A stretch of 64,000 bases of DNA, from the NCBI RefSeq assembly GCF_009914755.1, contig NC_060944.1. The stretch is one strand, 5' to 3'. Position numbers and translations under genes: made by a program. Under the pieces are notes generated by a model that worked only from the letters and a program-made list of their open reading frames with translations, ran no database searches and had not been told where the DNA came from. The stretch is from the human T2T-CHM13v2.0 reference genome, Homo sapiens. Of this stretch, positions 13,301 to 28,279 are shown in pieces (the first letter of the stretch is position 1; each line of letters begins with the position of its first letter).

Positions 13301-14004
13301 ATCTTGTTCTGCCCTGTGAATTTGCATGAGACACCATTCTGGATGTTTGTACAGAGTGATGATTCAGTTTCCATTAATGGCAACCATAGATAGTCTTCTC
13401 TTATGATAACCTTAAATTTCTACAGAGTTCAAAAGCAAAGTTTAAAAGTTAAATATTTACATAAGTCACAGTAACATTTTTCAGCATGAGTCCAGAGTTC
13501 AAAAATATTTTGAATGATGCATCATAAATGTCAACAAGAAAATCTAGTGATTTCCTATTAAAAATAGTCTGGCTTCCATAAAGAACTACTGGGTACCACA
13601 CATTTCATTAATGATTTTTAGCAGTGGGGCTTTCTCTTTGGGATATGCTTCTCTAGGGTATCCCAAAATTGTCAACTTTGACCCTTCTTGTGTATAGTAA
13701 ATGGGATAGGTCATTCAAGAGTCCACTGAGTGATTAAATGCAATGATGTAGTTATAAATTTAGAAGATAAGTGCTATTTATTTTATTTGGTAGCTTTCTC
13801 TAAAAGTTGAAACAATAACTTACATTATCTGGGAAAAAAACCAGCAAAATTCACGTGAGGATTGCTTTGTGAGGGCTGGGATTGTTCCTTGGCCTGGAGC
13901 AGTGTGTCAGTCATTGTTGACTAAGCAGCAGCATCTGGGGACTAAGTCCTTTCCTTCACCTTCCTTGAATTTCCTTCACCAGTATTGATGATATTAATAG
14001 CTAA

Positions 14005-14430
14005 AACAGACACAGTGCCATACCCACACCCTCTTCCTCACCACTCCTGAGAACATAAGCCGGGCTCCAGTGGCTGGCCAGTGCCTGCATTCTTTTGCTT
14101 TGTCTGGCTACTAGAACTCATGTTGCTACCCATGCAGCTGCCCAGAAGTTCCTGGCAATTCACACTCACCCTCACCAATGGGATTCAGTGGATAAATACC
14201 ACAGCTCCCTCACCTCTTGGGTGGGATAACTTAAAGGTGCATTCTTTATATTATATCCCAGAACTCTCTAGTGGGATTAAGCCCAGTTACCCACAGTGGC
14301 AACTGGCTTGAAAATGTTCCCCTTATGGGCTTCCTTCCCTTCCTGTCTCACTTCTCCACTCCTGATTGTGTTCTAAAACCACCTCTAAAATAAACTACTT
14401 TTACTAGAATCCTTATCTAGGAACTGCTTA
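14005..14430 (+). mobile_element. LTR16-type ERVL solo LTR
   Basis: cccagttacccacagtgg...cttccttcccttcctgtctcactt...aaataaactactt. Confidence 0.7.
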
Positions 14431-14589
14431 ATGCAGATGCATAGTGCTTAACAACTTAATATAGATGCCCCCAAATGAAGGGTTTTAAAATGATTCCTTG
14501 GTTAAGAGAGATTGGAACATATTAAGTGAACACTTTTATTTGAAGCCAAGTCTGATTTTCCTAAAACAGTCCTAATTTGGGAAGCCCAA

Positions 14590-14835
14590 AGCTGGTTGAG
14601 GAAACCAGCTTTGAAGCTGTGACAGATGTGGTTTGTCACAGTCTGGCTCTGCTGTGTATTTAATGAGTCACCCTCAGTGAATCTCTTTAAAAATCAAAGC
14701 CTTGGTTTCATTATCTATAAGGTGGGTATTACTCTCTTAGTGTTGTTGTGAACATTCAATGTGTAAAATGAATGACTTAGCATAACACCTGCTACTTTGT
14801 AAACTCTCCATCCTTTGTGGTGGCTTTTATTATTG
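14590..14835 (+). mobile_element. MIR
   Basis: ccttggtttcattatctataaggtgggtatt core. Confidence 0.55.
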
Positions 14836-16326
14836 CTACATAATAAACAATGACTCTCTGACCAAACAATTGTCCATAAGTATTAGAGACCACAAAAATG
14901 TGCTGTTTTGAAAACCAAGTGACCATTTATTTATGTATATCTTTTTATTCCTTTTTTCTTCTTCAAGGCAACACTGACTTGTTTTCTATTTAGACTCTGC
15001 TGTGGTCTTTTGATCTGAAACATTGAAGCTTAGGTCTGTTTGGGCAAATAAGATGTTTATTTATGTATTTCATAATGTTGTGGGAACAGAGCCATGGAAG
15101 GCAAAAGAAGGATTTATTGTTTAAAAGACTTTCCCTCTGGGGATAATTTGCTAATAAATAGTCCATCATAGGTGAAAGTTTCTTGGACCCTTGGAAATTT
15201 GAAGCATCGTATGGAACAACTTTTAAGATGATTTAGAGGACTTTGATAGGAGAAAATTGTATTATTCACAAGAAAAATTGGACACAATCATGGTTGCCTA
15301 TGCCTTTTTCCTAAGATAGTCACTTTAGGATTGTGACAACTACATGGGCATCAGGCCACTCCTCTTCCTCCCTACTGACCAAGACCTTAGAGATTAAACT
15401 TTTAGTGTTTTTGAGGATAGTTTAGCCACTAAGCCAAGGTTCAGATTGCTGAGGAACAAATCTATCCTCACCATATCAACTTCCAGGTTAAGTTTTTCCA
15501 TTTTTATTAACATTACCTTCTTTTCACTTCTGTGACTCCTCAGAGATTTTGCACCAGTGAACTCTGGCTAGCATAGAATAGACATGTCATGATGCCTTAG
15601 CTTATGTAGACACAACATACAAATAAATGTTATTAGAATGGAATCATTTACAAGTTCTTCTTAGAGGATGTGATGTATGATTTTTTTGGTAGAATTTCTA
15701 ATTGAAGTGTAGCCTTTTAAAGTATATTTTAAAATTAGGCTAGTCATTTTGAGATGGTTTCATTGCAGCTTCTTTGGAATCATTTTTAGAGTAGAAATGC
15801 ATTAGTATAATTTTTATGTCACAATCACCACACTTCATTATGGGCATAACAACAGCAATGCTTGTTTTAATATATTGTAACCAGAGTTTAGAAACATGTA
15901 ATACCACGAAAATTCATTACTCCTAATATAATTTAATTACAAAATTGTTCCTTGGTTTCATAAGTTGCATATATTTAGCTCTTCCCACTACTTTAGGAGA
16001 AATTAAATTGGATACTTTCCATGCTATGAAGCTATTATAATGGAATATTTGTACTTTTTGATGCCAAAAAATGGTTCGAGCCATTGGATTGGCAGAATAT
16101 GTGAAGGAAATGCATTCTGCATATTGTTCATAATTTTACTTCCTGTTACGGAGAAAATTCCTTTGACTTTGTTACAAATAGAATCCCCGGGTACTTGGTA
16201 TTGATATAATGCCATGCTCTTTTGTTTGAATTACAAATGTTGTAGGTAGAGTAGGCATTTTTGGTTGTTCTGTAGTTCATTTTCTTGCCAACTCAAGATT
16301 GTTGATGGTACTGATGGAGACATTAT

Positions 16327-18694
<2,368 letters not shown>

Positions 18695-19084
18695 CTTGTC
18701 AAGCTCTTTCTATATTTAATCAGCAAGACAAGTCTCTTTTTGTCTTTTGGGAAAATAAATTTAGATTGATAGTTGGATTATTTAAACATTTATCACACAC
18801 ACACAAAATATTAAAATAAATAATATAATTACTTTCTTCCACTTTAAAATATTTTAAATTTACTTTAAGTAATTTAAAAGGCAAAAATGCAAACTTTGAA
18901 CAACTGACTTATTAGGACGTTGGTACCTATTATAAATAAGTTTCTCAAATCTAGCAAAGTATGTAATATTCACTAATTTACTTTGCACATACCTTTTTAT
19001 CGTTGTTATCATTATCCTTGTTATCCTTAGCATCACCAACAGCAAACACATATATGCTGTTTTATCCTTGCCAGACACAATTCT

Positions 19085-19292
19085 AATAATATATAGTCTG
19101 TATATTTATAGCATATACATATTTTTATACATATATTTATATAGTATATGTAGCATAGGTATACTTATAGTCTATAATAGTATGTATATAGTGCATATAT
19201 GCTACATATATACATACATAGTGTGTCTATATGCCGTGCTACATATATACATACATAGTGTGTGTATACTTACACATATATATAGTGTGTGT
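19085..19292. repeat. TA/CA-rich low-complexity simple repeat
   Basis: Degenerate (TA)n/(TACA)n. Confidence 0.8.
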
Positions 19293-19294
19293 TA

Positions 19295-19500
19295 ACAGAC
19301 CTATGCAATTTCGTCATTTCCATAATCCTATGAATGACAGTGCTACTATTATCTACATTTAAAAGTGAGTAAACTGAAGTGTGAACAGAGGTTATGTCAT
19401 GATCCCTGGTTGTACAGTTGGTTAATGGCAGAGTCAGGAATAGAAACAACAGTGGCAGTGCAGTCTGGCTCTATGTTCTGGCTCTTAACTTTTTGCTGTT
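19295..19500 (-). mobile_element. MIR
   Basis: cataatcctatgaatgacagtgctactattatctacattt...aaactgaag. Confidence 0.65.
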
Positions 19501-19624
19501 TAAAGAACCTGTTTAATATGTAAAGTTAAGTTTGCCTGCAGGATTTTTTTCCTTGGATTTGTTTGAAAAAGAAACCTCAGTAGGCCTAGTACATTTGCTA
19601 GGAACAGACAAACTGTATGAAGAA

Positions 19625-19810
19625 GGTATTCTCAAGTTGGGCTGCACAATGAAATCACAGGGGGAGCCTCAAAGGACGCTGCTGCCTGGGCTTCCTGTCT
19701 CCAGAGAATCTGACTTAATTGGTCTGGGGTGTGGTCAGAACATTGGACTTTTTTTTTTTTTTTGAAAGCTCCTCATTTGATTCTAATGTACAGCCAAGGT
19801 GAACACAGAT
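19625..19810. mobile_element. MER5A/5B
   Basis: ttctcaagttgggctgcacaatgaaatcac...ctgacttaattggtctggggtg...gattctaatgtacagccaaggttga. Confidence 0.75.
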
Positions 19811-21009
19811 AGAAAGCAAGCTGACCTTACAAATTAATTCAGTAAACTTCCTGAAAGGATGTGCTCACTTTGCCTTTCCTGCCTGTGACGTGGCCTACTT
19901 TCTACTCAGAAGTAACACTCCACATGAGCAACTACAGGCCCTACCAGATTCTGAATTATTTGACTATGACTGGATAATATTCCTTACACTGTGCTTAGTA
20001 AGGCAATAAATTACTAGGATTTTTTTAGAATTAGTCTCAATATCTAAGGTTGAATCAAAATAGTTTTTTTATTATATTCTGTCGATGAAAATTTTTTTAA
20101 CTTTCCATTCCCTGAATGTTACAGGTATTAGCTGTTTGTTTTATCGTTACCAAACATGTCCTCAGAATTCAAGTCCTGTTTATTAACCTTATATTTGTGT
20201 TTTTTGAGACCCTTGTTTAGATCACAGTACTGTGTAAATTCCATACTTAATTAAATTAGCTGCACCCTTGAATGAGTGAATGTGGTTTTAAGAATGACCT
20301 TATATAACTATTTTATTTTATAGCTAATTTTTCATTTCTGGGATACAAAGGCAGATGTTATCTTATTAAATTGTAGCATTATGTCATTTCTTATCAATTT
20401 GTAGGAATCCTTCCTTAACTGAGACATACACTCAACTGGGCAAACCAGAGAGAGCTAGATAATTTCAGGTGTGATAGGAAGTTTGCCTTTCATCACCTCT
20501 ACATGATACATTTCAGAATAGTAAAATTCACATTTCTCCTGTTAGAATGTTTGGTTTTTTATTCTGCTTCTATAGGGAATGGGGATTGTGGTAATGATTT
20601 TTCATGAGATTTCTCCCTGGCATTGTGCAAAACTCCACTTAGGAACAGTGGTCTGAAAATTATATTGCATCACGGCAAACAATGCACCTGTGTGAAATGA
20701 ATGCTTAAGTGAAAAGTTTTATGGGACAGAGCTAGTTGCTATGCTAAGAAACTAATGACTGTGCTGGTATACATAATGGATTCTATTTTTAGATGAACAC
20801 TTGGTCCTATAGCATGGCTTCATTATGCAAGAGGACAGAAGTTTCAGCGTTATATTGTGAATATTGAGACATTAACATATCAGAGTATATGCCTTCTTAG
20901 ATACTAAAGTGACTTTTTCATATATTTTAACCCTGACATAGTTCATAACTAGAGGAAAAAAGTAAAGAACAAAAACAGAATTTCAAAATAATTTCAGGTT
21001 TCTGGTGTT

Positions 21010-21445
21010 TGTAGGTTGAGTTTTTCCAACAGTTGACTGCAAGGAAAGGATTCAAGTTCAAGTGGTTTATTTGGGAGGTGACCCCAGAAAGTGTGGGCAG
21101 GGCCATGGGGAAGTGAGATAGGCAAGGGAAGACAGCCATTAAAGGGTGCACTATCAAATAAGTTACCATGGTGTACAAGTGAAGCTCCGTCCCATTGGAG
21201 AGCCCTGGGAGACAGTGCAGAGAGGAGAGGGAGCAGTGGTATACCCACCAGTTCCTAATAATCAGTGACTGGGGGCAGCTCTCTCAGGGGTTATTTTCTC
21301 AGCTCTTCTGCCAGCCTCTCCTGGAGACTGAGGGGCTTCCAGGCCAGTGGGCCCTAGGCTTTGAGAAATCCCTCAGACATAGATGCAGCTGGAAGCTGTC
21401 CGTTGGCATACATGAAAACACATGGGCACCACCAGCAGCAACCAC
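21010..21445 (-). mobile_element. LTR33/LTR16-type ERVL solo LTR
   Basis: aaggattcaagttcaagtggtttatttgggaggtgacccc...ggggaagtgagatagg. Confidence 0.7.
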
Positions 21446-21493
21446 TCTGGTGGCTTTAATTTCTGGTAAGTCAGACTTTTAAAATCTATATCG

Positions 21494-21780
21494 CAGTGTG
21501 CAAACTGGAGCCTGCACCCATTCACGAACAGTTCTTGCTTGGCCTGTGCAAATAATTAAATACATAAACATGAGTTGCCAGCATTTAAAAATCTGCAGGT
21601 TCATATACAGATCTGGATTTCTCAAAAAATCAGAAGGCATGGAAATGCCGGCCGACATACCCCCATGGCCACATTTGGCTGGGGCAGTGCAGCAGCTGCC
21701 TGCTTTAGACAGGGTGTGTGGTATGCAATCTGCCACATTTCCCACCAGGCTAGCCTACCTAATTTACATGAACTTTTAAG
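21494..21780. mobile_element. MER102-like hAT-Charlie element
   Basis: gcaaactgg...agttgccagcatttaaaaatc...atctggatttc. Confidence 0.6.
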
Positions 21781-22139
21781 CTCATTTAGATGTTTGAGTA
21801 TAAATATCGGGCCTCTATGGTAACATCCTATACTGGAAGCTTCAATAAGCTAATGATTGCAAAGCTTCATATGGAATGAGGTTAATTCTGTCACAGTGGG
21901 CCTATTGGAGTGCTGTGGCATAAAGACTAGATTTTTACAGTGGAAAAATGGCTGAAGATCAGCATATCCAGGTCTTGCTCGTAATGGCCATAAGCAAAGC
22001 AATTATGCTCCAATCCCAATTCTTCTCTGTGATGTATGGATCTAAAGTGTAGGAGCCCTGAGGTCCCTCTCTGACTTAAAAGGCTATTATTCCAAAGTGA
22101 CTTTCAGGTGTCATTTTGCTAGGTAAGATTTATAAATAT

Positions 22140-22885
22140 GAGTCCTTGGCAAAGGATTTTCGTGTCGAATTGGGCCATTAATCTAGGGAAAATAAGAATG
22201 GTGGACTCCAGGACACCAGGCAGAATGACTTCCCTTGGTTCCCTTGGTTGAATGAATGGGATTAACTTCACCCCCAGATCAAGGCAGTGAGCATTGACTG
22301 GTTTAGCCAACCAATGTAGTCCACCCTTTTCTCACCGTAGAGCTGTGCTGTCTCATACAGTAGCCTCTAGACTCATGTCACTGTTTACAGTTAAGTTTTA
22401 ATTAATTAAAATTAAATTAAAAATTCAGTTTCTCAATCCCACTACCTACCTTTCAGGTGCTCACTAGCCACCTGTGTCCAGGTGCCATTTCCATCATTGC
22501 AGAATATGTTATTGGACATCACTGCACAGAGCTTGGATCAGGAATGGCTCTTCAGAGCCAATGCAAAGTTTCTTGCAATAAGAAGCTTCCTTGAACTTGT
22601 GGGGAAAGAAACTTTCCTTCTTTTTCTGGATTATGTGCTGCAAGGATGTAATATCTGGACTCACTTTTGTTATCTTGTTCCCATGAAAGAAGATATTGGA
22701 GTAGCTCAGATGCCACTTTGGGAGCTCAAAGGGGAAGCTAGCCCTGCAGAAGACAAGCCAGTGAAGAACCAAGTCCTTAATGATGTCATTTGAGATACCA
22801 GATCAGTCCATTTCAGTTCCATGAATGAATCAATCCCCTTCATAGGCTATGCCAGTTTAAGATAGAGTGTTTGTCCCTTTGCAGT
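22140..22885 (+). mobile_element. Old MLT1 (K/L-type) LTR interrupted by a MITE
   Basis: cattgactggtttagccaacc...tgatgtcatttgagataccagatca...tttgcagttaga. Confidence 0.5.
22338..22530. mobile_element. MER3 (hAT-Charlie MITE)
   Basis: tagagctgtgctgtc...aaaattcagtttctca...ccatcattgcagaatatgttattggaca. Confidence 0.75.
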
Positions 22886-23254
22886 TAGAATTACTGACTG
22901 ACACATTGGACAATCATTTATTTGAAGGAAGGCAGAGACTCAGGTGTTAAGGATCCAGCTAACATCTGGCCCATAAACTTGAAAGAGAAATAAAAGCGGG
23001 AATAGAATGTGTTAACTCTGTCAGTGGCTATCATTCCCTGTACAAGACATTATTGTTAGTTTTGTATAGTTTTCTAATCTGGGCTTTAACATTTCAAGGA
23101 TAATTTTAGTGGCTTCTAGCCATCATGAGGAAAGAACATGTCTTGAGAAACATGGGGAAAATTGAAAACTGTACAGAGAATATAAGTTTTTGGCAATGTT
23201 GTATGTTAACCTAATAGCCTTAATGGTACCATGATAATTTCTGGGTAAGGAAAG

Positions 23255-23400
23255 TAGAACTTATTAATAAACTGTTGTGCTGCAGACATTGTGCCAAGGT
23301 ACCTTATGTGGACAAACTATCACATGAATTCATGAATTGATTGATTTTTTTCCATTTTGCATTGAGGAAACTGAGGCTATGGAGAGGGTGATTTTTACCC
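23255..23400 (-). mobile_element. MIR fragment
   Basis: ccattttgcattgaggaaactgaggct. Confidence 0.6.
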
Positions 23401-23429
23401 TGGAAGACTCTCTCTAACCCTGCCAATTT

Positions 23430-25260
23430 AGAATGAAACCCTCTCTTCTGTTCTTCTGGAATACCTTGTGCCTTCCTTTACCTTAGCACTATTAATGCTA
23501 TGTTGATTCTGTCTGACTCTTTTTCCTTTCCCAGTGGATGATGAAGGCCTTGAATTCGGGGACTTTACCTCATTTGTTTGGCATTTTGAATACACTGCTA
23601 ACATACAGTCACTGCTCAATCGATGTGTGTCAAATGAATGAGACTTACAAAGGCTGTGCATCTTGTCTAAGGTTACAGGTTACTAAATGGTGGAAAGCCA
23701 GATCTGTCAGGTCCAAAGCCAATGACCTTTCAGTAGTTCATTCATTAAAACCCTCTCCTTCTTGTTTAAATCTCCAGCTGTCTTACTCTTAGCAGTTTAT
23801 GTGACCTCTGCCTCCTGGAGAAGAGAGAAAACACAGTATTCCCTGCCACCAGACCTAATAGCACACTTTCATTTACAGCTGCTTTCCTCTGTCTCCCTCT
23901 TCCTTTCCCAGCCCATCCTTTCCACTTTGACCCTGGACCCTAGCTTCTCAATGATTTCACACTAAAATTGATCCCTTCCCTTTCTTATGTTGTCAATATT
24001 TCCCCTGTAACCAGATCTGTACATCAATATTAAACATGACATGCTTACCCATCTTAAAAGAAAACCCTATATCCCCTCTTGACCCTCACTGGCTACTTCC
24101 TTTCTTTCTCGCTTTCACTCATAGCAAGCTTCTTCAAAGACCTGCCTATGCTCTCCCCATTATTCTCACCTTTCACCAACTTTTCAATACATATCAACCT
24201 GGATTCTGTACCCACTACTCCTCCAAATTAGTCTTTCTTAACCCATCAATGACCTTCACATTTTAAAACATGCTGGCCATCTTGAGCTCTGTGGTGCTTG
24301 ATTATTTTTATATAATTTTACATTGTTGATAACCCCATTTTCCTCGAAACACTTTCTTTTCTTGACTTTCTTTTTCTCCTACCTCTTCCTACCTCTCCAG
24401 CCACATGTTCGCAATCTACTTTACTGGCTGTAAGTTGCAGTCCTTCTCTACTCACATGTTAGGGAATCTCACCTGCACTTAAAACTTATTTTACCATCTG
24501 GATACATTGGCTCCCAATTTCATATCACCTTCCAATACCCTGTTCCTGAGATACCGGAAAGCAAACATTTCCAAGATTGGTATCATGTTCTTCCTCCCTT
24601 AAATCCTGACCTGGTCCTGGTGCCTTATTAAAGGTACCACCCTTCACAGAGTGGCACAGTCCTGAACCCTGAAAGTCTTCCTTAACACCTTCTTTTCCAC
24701 CTTCCCTCCAAGTTCTTGGCCCCTTTCCTTTTGTGCTCCGTCCACAATAGCCGCCTTCTGTTTCCCTAGACACGGCATATTTCTTTCTGCTGAAATTTTT
24801 CACAATACTTTTCCTCTGCTTGGAACACATGTTTTCTCCCCATGGATTAGCCCCTCCCCTGCTTCACCACACTTCTCACAGTTGTAATCAAATGTTTTTT
24901 ACATAGTTATGTAATATCTAGCTCCCGTATTAGGTTTTTGACTCAATGAGAGCAGAGTCCAGAGGTGTCCTTGTCCGTGTTTAAGACCTGGCTCTCTTAA
25001 TGGGGAAAGTAACTTGTAGCATTCGCCAATTTCCATGGTGTAAATACTGTAGTGTCTGATTTCGAGATATGGATACTTCATCACTGAACACAGATTTGGA
25101 AAGTGAAGGGTACAGTTGGCTCTCATAAGCTTACAAGCTTTCCCCAGCTCACCCCCAGGGCAGATGCTTGTCTGTCTTATTGACTGCTGTATTTTCATGA
25201 GTTAGGGCAGTGCTTGGCACATTGTAGGAACTCCAAGACTATTAGTTGGAGGAGTGACTG
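23430..25260 (+). mobile_element. L2 fragments (two 3' ends, near 23640 and 25260)
   Basis: caaatgaatga tail; cccactactcctccaaattag..caatgacc; cagtgcttggcacattgtaggaactc. Confidence 0.6.
24975..25160 (-). mobile_element. MER63 (hAT-Blackjack) nested in L2
   Basis: ttgtagcattcgccaatttccatggtgtaaatact...cactgaacacaga...ttggctctcataagc. Confidence 0.7.
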
Positions 25261-25339
25261 CAGTGTTTTTATTACCATTGGAAATATAGTAAAAAGTGCT
25301 GATGTTTCAGAGAAAAATGAAATAATTTTTTAAATTTTA

Positions 25340-25510
25340 GAATTGGACCCAGCCTGAAAGTTTATCATATGCCATCCCTTTGTTTTTCTTCATTAGAATT
25401 GAGGGTCAGGAAGTGAGATCTGCCACAATCACATAGCTACCTGGTAAATGAGCCCAGGTTAAAATGCACATCTTTTAATTACCGACCAACACTCCTTCTA
25501 CTGTAGTGCA
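25340..25510 (-). mobile_element. MIR fragment
   Basis: Degenerate MIR (aatcacatagctacctggtaaatgagcccagg). Confidence 0.45.
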
Positions 25511-25729
25511 TTATCACTTCTAAAAGGAAAGTAATTTCTTTCCACTAGTGATTTAGTTCAGATTGCATTATTAGATAGTGACGTAGTTGAATGTATAATT
25601 AAATCTGCTTTACAAAAGAAAAAGCAGTATTTTATCATTTCTTTTTAAATTATGAGTTGTCTCTTAAGAGGGATTTCTCTTTTATCTTTTTCTTCTTTAA
25701 TATTCTGATGTACTTATTTATAGAACAAA

Positions 25730-26250
25730 GACATTAGTCAGCTTTTGTGGTGTAGCAAACCACCCCAAAACTTATGCCTTAAAACAACAACCATTTTTTT
25801 GAGGTCACCCTTCTTTGGGTTAACAATCTGGTGCAGGCTCTGGGGGATCATTTTTCTGGTCTCAGGTGGGCTCCTTCTGGCTTCTGCAGCTACTCATGGG
25901 TTGGATGTGTGGCTCTGCTGATATGGCTGGCCTCTCCTGTCTGAGGCTTCAGCTAGGATGGCTAGGCTGACTTGTATCTGTCCCATGTGGTCTCTCATCT
26001 TCCAACAGGCTAGTCCAGCTTGCTCTGGTAGTTCACTGGCAGAGTTCTGAAACAGGGTGGAAGCTGCAAAGCCCTAGAAGCAGAATTGCCATACTGGCAC
26101 TTCTGCCACATTTTCTATGCCAAAGCAAATCATTCATAGGTTGGGGAAATAGATGCCACCTATTGATGACAAGATCTGAAAAGTCACACTGCAAAGAGGC
26201 ATGGTTACAGTGAGAAGAATAATTTGTGACTGTTTTTGAATTACATACAA
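25730..26250 (-). mobile_element. MLT1 (F-I type) solo LTR
   Basis: attagtcagcttttg...aaaccaccccaaaactta..cttaaaacaacaacca...cacttctgccacatt. Confidence 0.75.
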
Positions 26251-27234
26251 AAAAGTAATTTCTTCTTCAAATTAGTAGAAGATTGTCTCTCTGATGGGAT
26301 AGAACTGACTGATAGCTTCCTCATCCTTCTGAAATATTAAGGCAATATGAAGTACCCCACCTGGACAATTGTGTTAATTATATATGCCCAATATTAGAGC
26401 ACTTACGCTGCAGTGAGGTGGGTGTCTCTCACCATACCCTAGACTTGGAGGTCCCTGATAGGTGTTCTGAAAGAAGATCCCTGTAAGGTTATAGGGAAGT
26501 AAAGCCGCATCCCAACATGGTGCACAGACAGCAGCCTCCTAGCAACATCTCTTAAAGCAGATGGTGTTTTCAGACATATTGAGGAATGAGGTGGGTTGGG
26601 AGCAGTTGCAACAAGATAGGGAAACCTTAAGTCATCTTTGAGGATACTAGTTTGTTGTGCTATTTTTTTTCTTCCTAAATGATTTGGAAGTGATTTTTCT
26701 GTGCCTGATGTAGTCTTTTTTTTTTTTCCCTTTCTTTGTATCCTGTGTTGGGAAATGGAAATAATTCAAAATCTGTAAAAACACTGGGAAAATGGAAATT
26801 AAACTTTGGGATTCTTTACTGCAGAAAAATGATGATGGGAAATGTTCTTCAGTAGAGAGGTAGAAATCATTTCAGACCGCTTCTCCTAGCCGGGGCCCAC
26901 AACATGCATTTTTCTGGGATGAAAACACATGAGTTTGACCAAGGAAAAGTTTGGTAGATTTTGTCAATGAAGCATGAAAAGGGATCAGTCTTTACTCTGA
27001 GCTCATCTTTTTTTTTTAGCTGAGTGTGCTCTTGGAAGATGCAGGCATCAGTGTATTTATATCTGGGTCAACAGGGCATGCGGTGAAGGGGAAGGAAGGC
27101 CATTACCTAGTGAATGTATATTGGGTGGGGAGCCACTGAGGTTAAAAAATTCAGCCTACTGCCATCTCTTTACTTTGGGCTGTATGGAAGTTGTTCATGA
27201 CCTCCATAATTGTTCTTTTGTAGGATACCCTGTA

Positions 27235-27450
27235 TCAGATTATAGACTCTGAAATCCAACTCCCAGGGTTCAAAACCTGCCTTGAACACTATGTATCTCT
27301 GAGGAAGACATTTAACTCATTCTGAGCTTCCATTTTCTCTTCTACAAACTAGAAATAATAAATAGGAATCCCATGAGGATTAAATGAGATAACACATCTG
27401 AAACACTTGGCACAACACACATGCTGATAGGTGCTTCACAACTGCTACTG
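27235..27450 (+). mobile_element. MIR
   Basis: gggttcaaaacctgc...gaggattaaatgagataa. Confidence 0.75.
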
Positions 27451-28279
27451 ATTTTTAGGATAAATTTTAGTAAATTTTAATATATATTGTGTGAATCTGA
27501 ACTAGGACAGGTATTCGGATACTTCTGATTCATATTCTGAGTCTTTTTGCACCCAATTGGTTGAAACATCAGGGCCCCCAAGGAATGCCAGTGTCTCAGG
27601 TTGCAGATAATACTGCCAAGTTGCAGATAAATCCCTGATTGGACAACTATCTAAGAGTTAGTAGATCCACTCAGACTCCCAGGAACTTGGAGTGCAGTTT
27701 TCGATGCCTGAATTCAGAGAGGACAGGGTGCGTGGTGCATGTGGCCTAGTCTACAATTGCTTCTGGCCTATTGAATCTTAGGAATGGAAGGCTGAAGGGG
27801 AGAAGATAGTTTGTCATCAAAACTAAGGTTCTGGACAAATTTGGAGGGCTCAGTTGCTGGGCTGGCCCTGGAGAATGAGACTGAATTCTCGACCCTTTGA
27901 AAACAGGTGCCATGTTTGATTTCTTTTTGTGTCAGCAATGCATCTTCTATTAAAAGAATGGCATTAGGGTCTCAGTCAAGATGGCCTGAGGCATTCAGTT
28001 AAGGGTACACTGATATATTCCTCCTGCTGGTCAGTGTCAAGATTCTGCTCCTGTTCTCTTTCATCCCTGTGTACCCATCTTAGATATTTTTGAGTGCCCA
28101 TGATGTGCTCTTTGTTGTAGTATCTGAGATCTCTAGTTGGGGAAACCTACCAAAGTAATAAACTATTCTATCCATTGTTAGGACAAATAGGAAAATCTTA
28201 CTGACTCTAGGAGAAAATAGCAGGTATTTCTTTCTTTCTTTTTTTTTAAATAGACTATTTCAAATCCTAAAGTAGTTTT

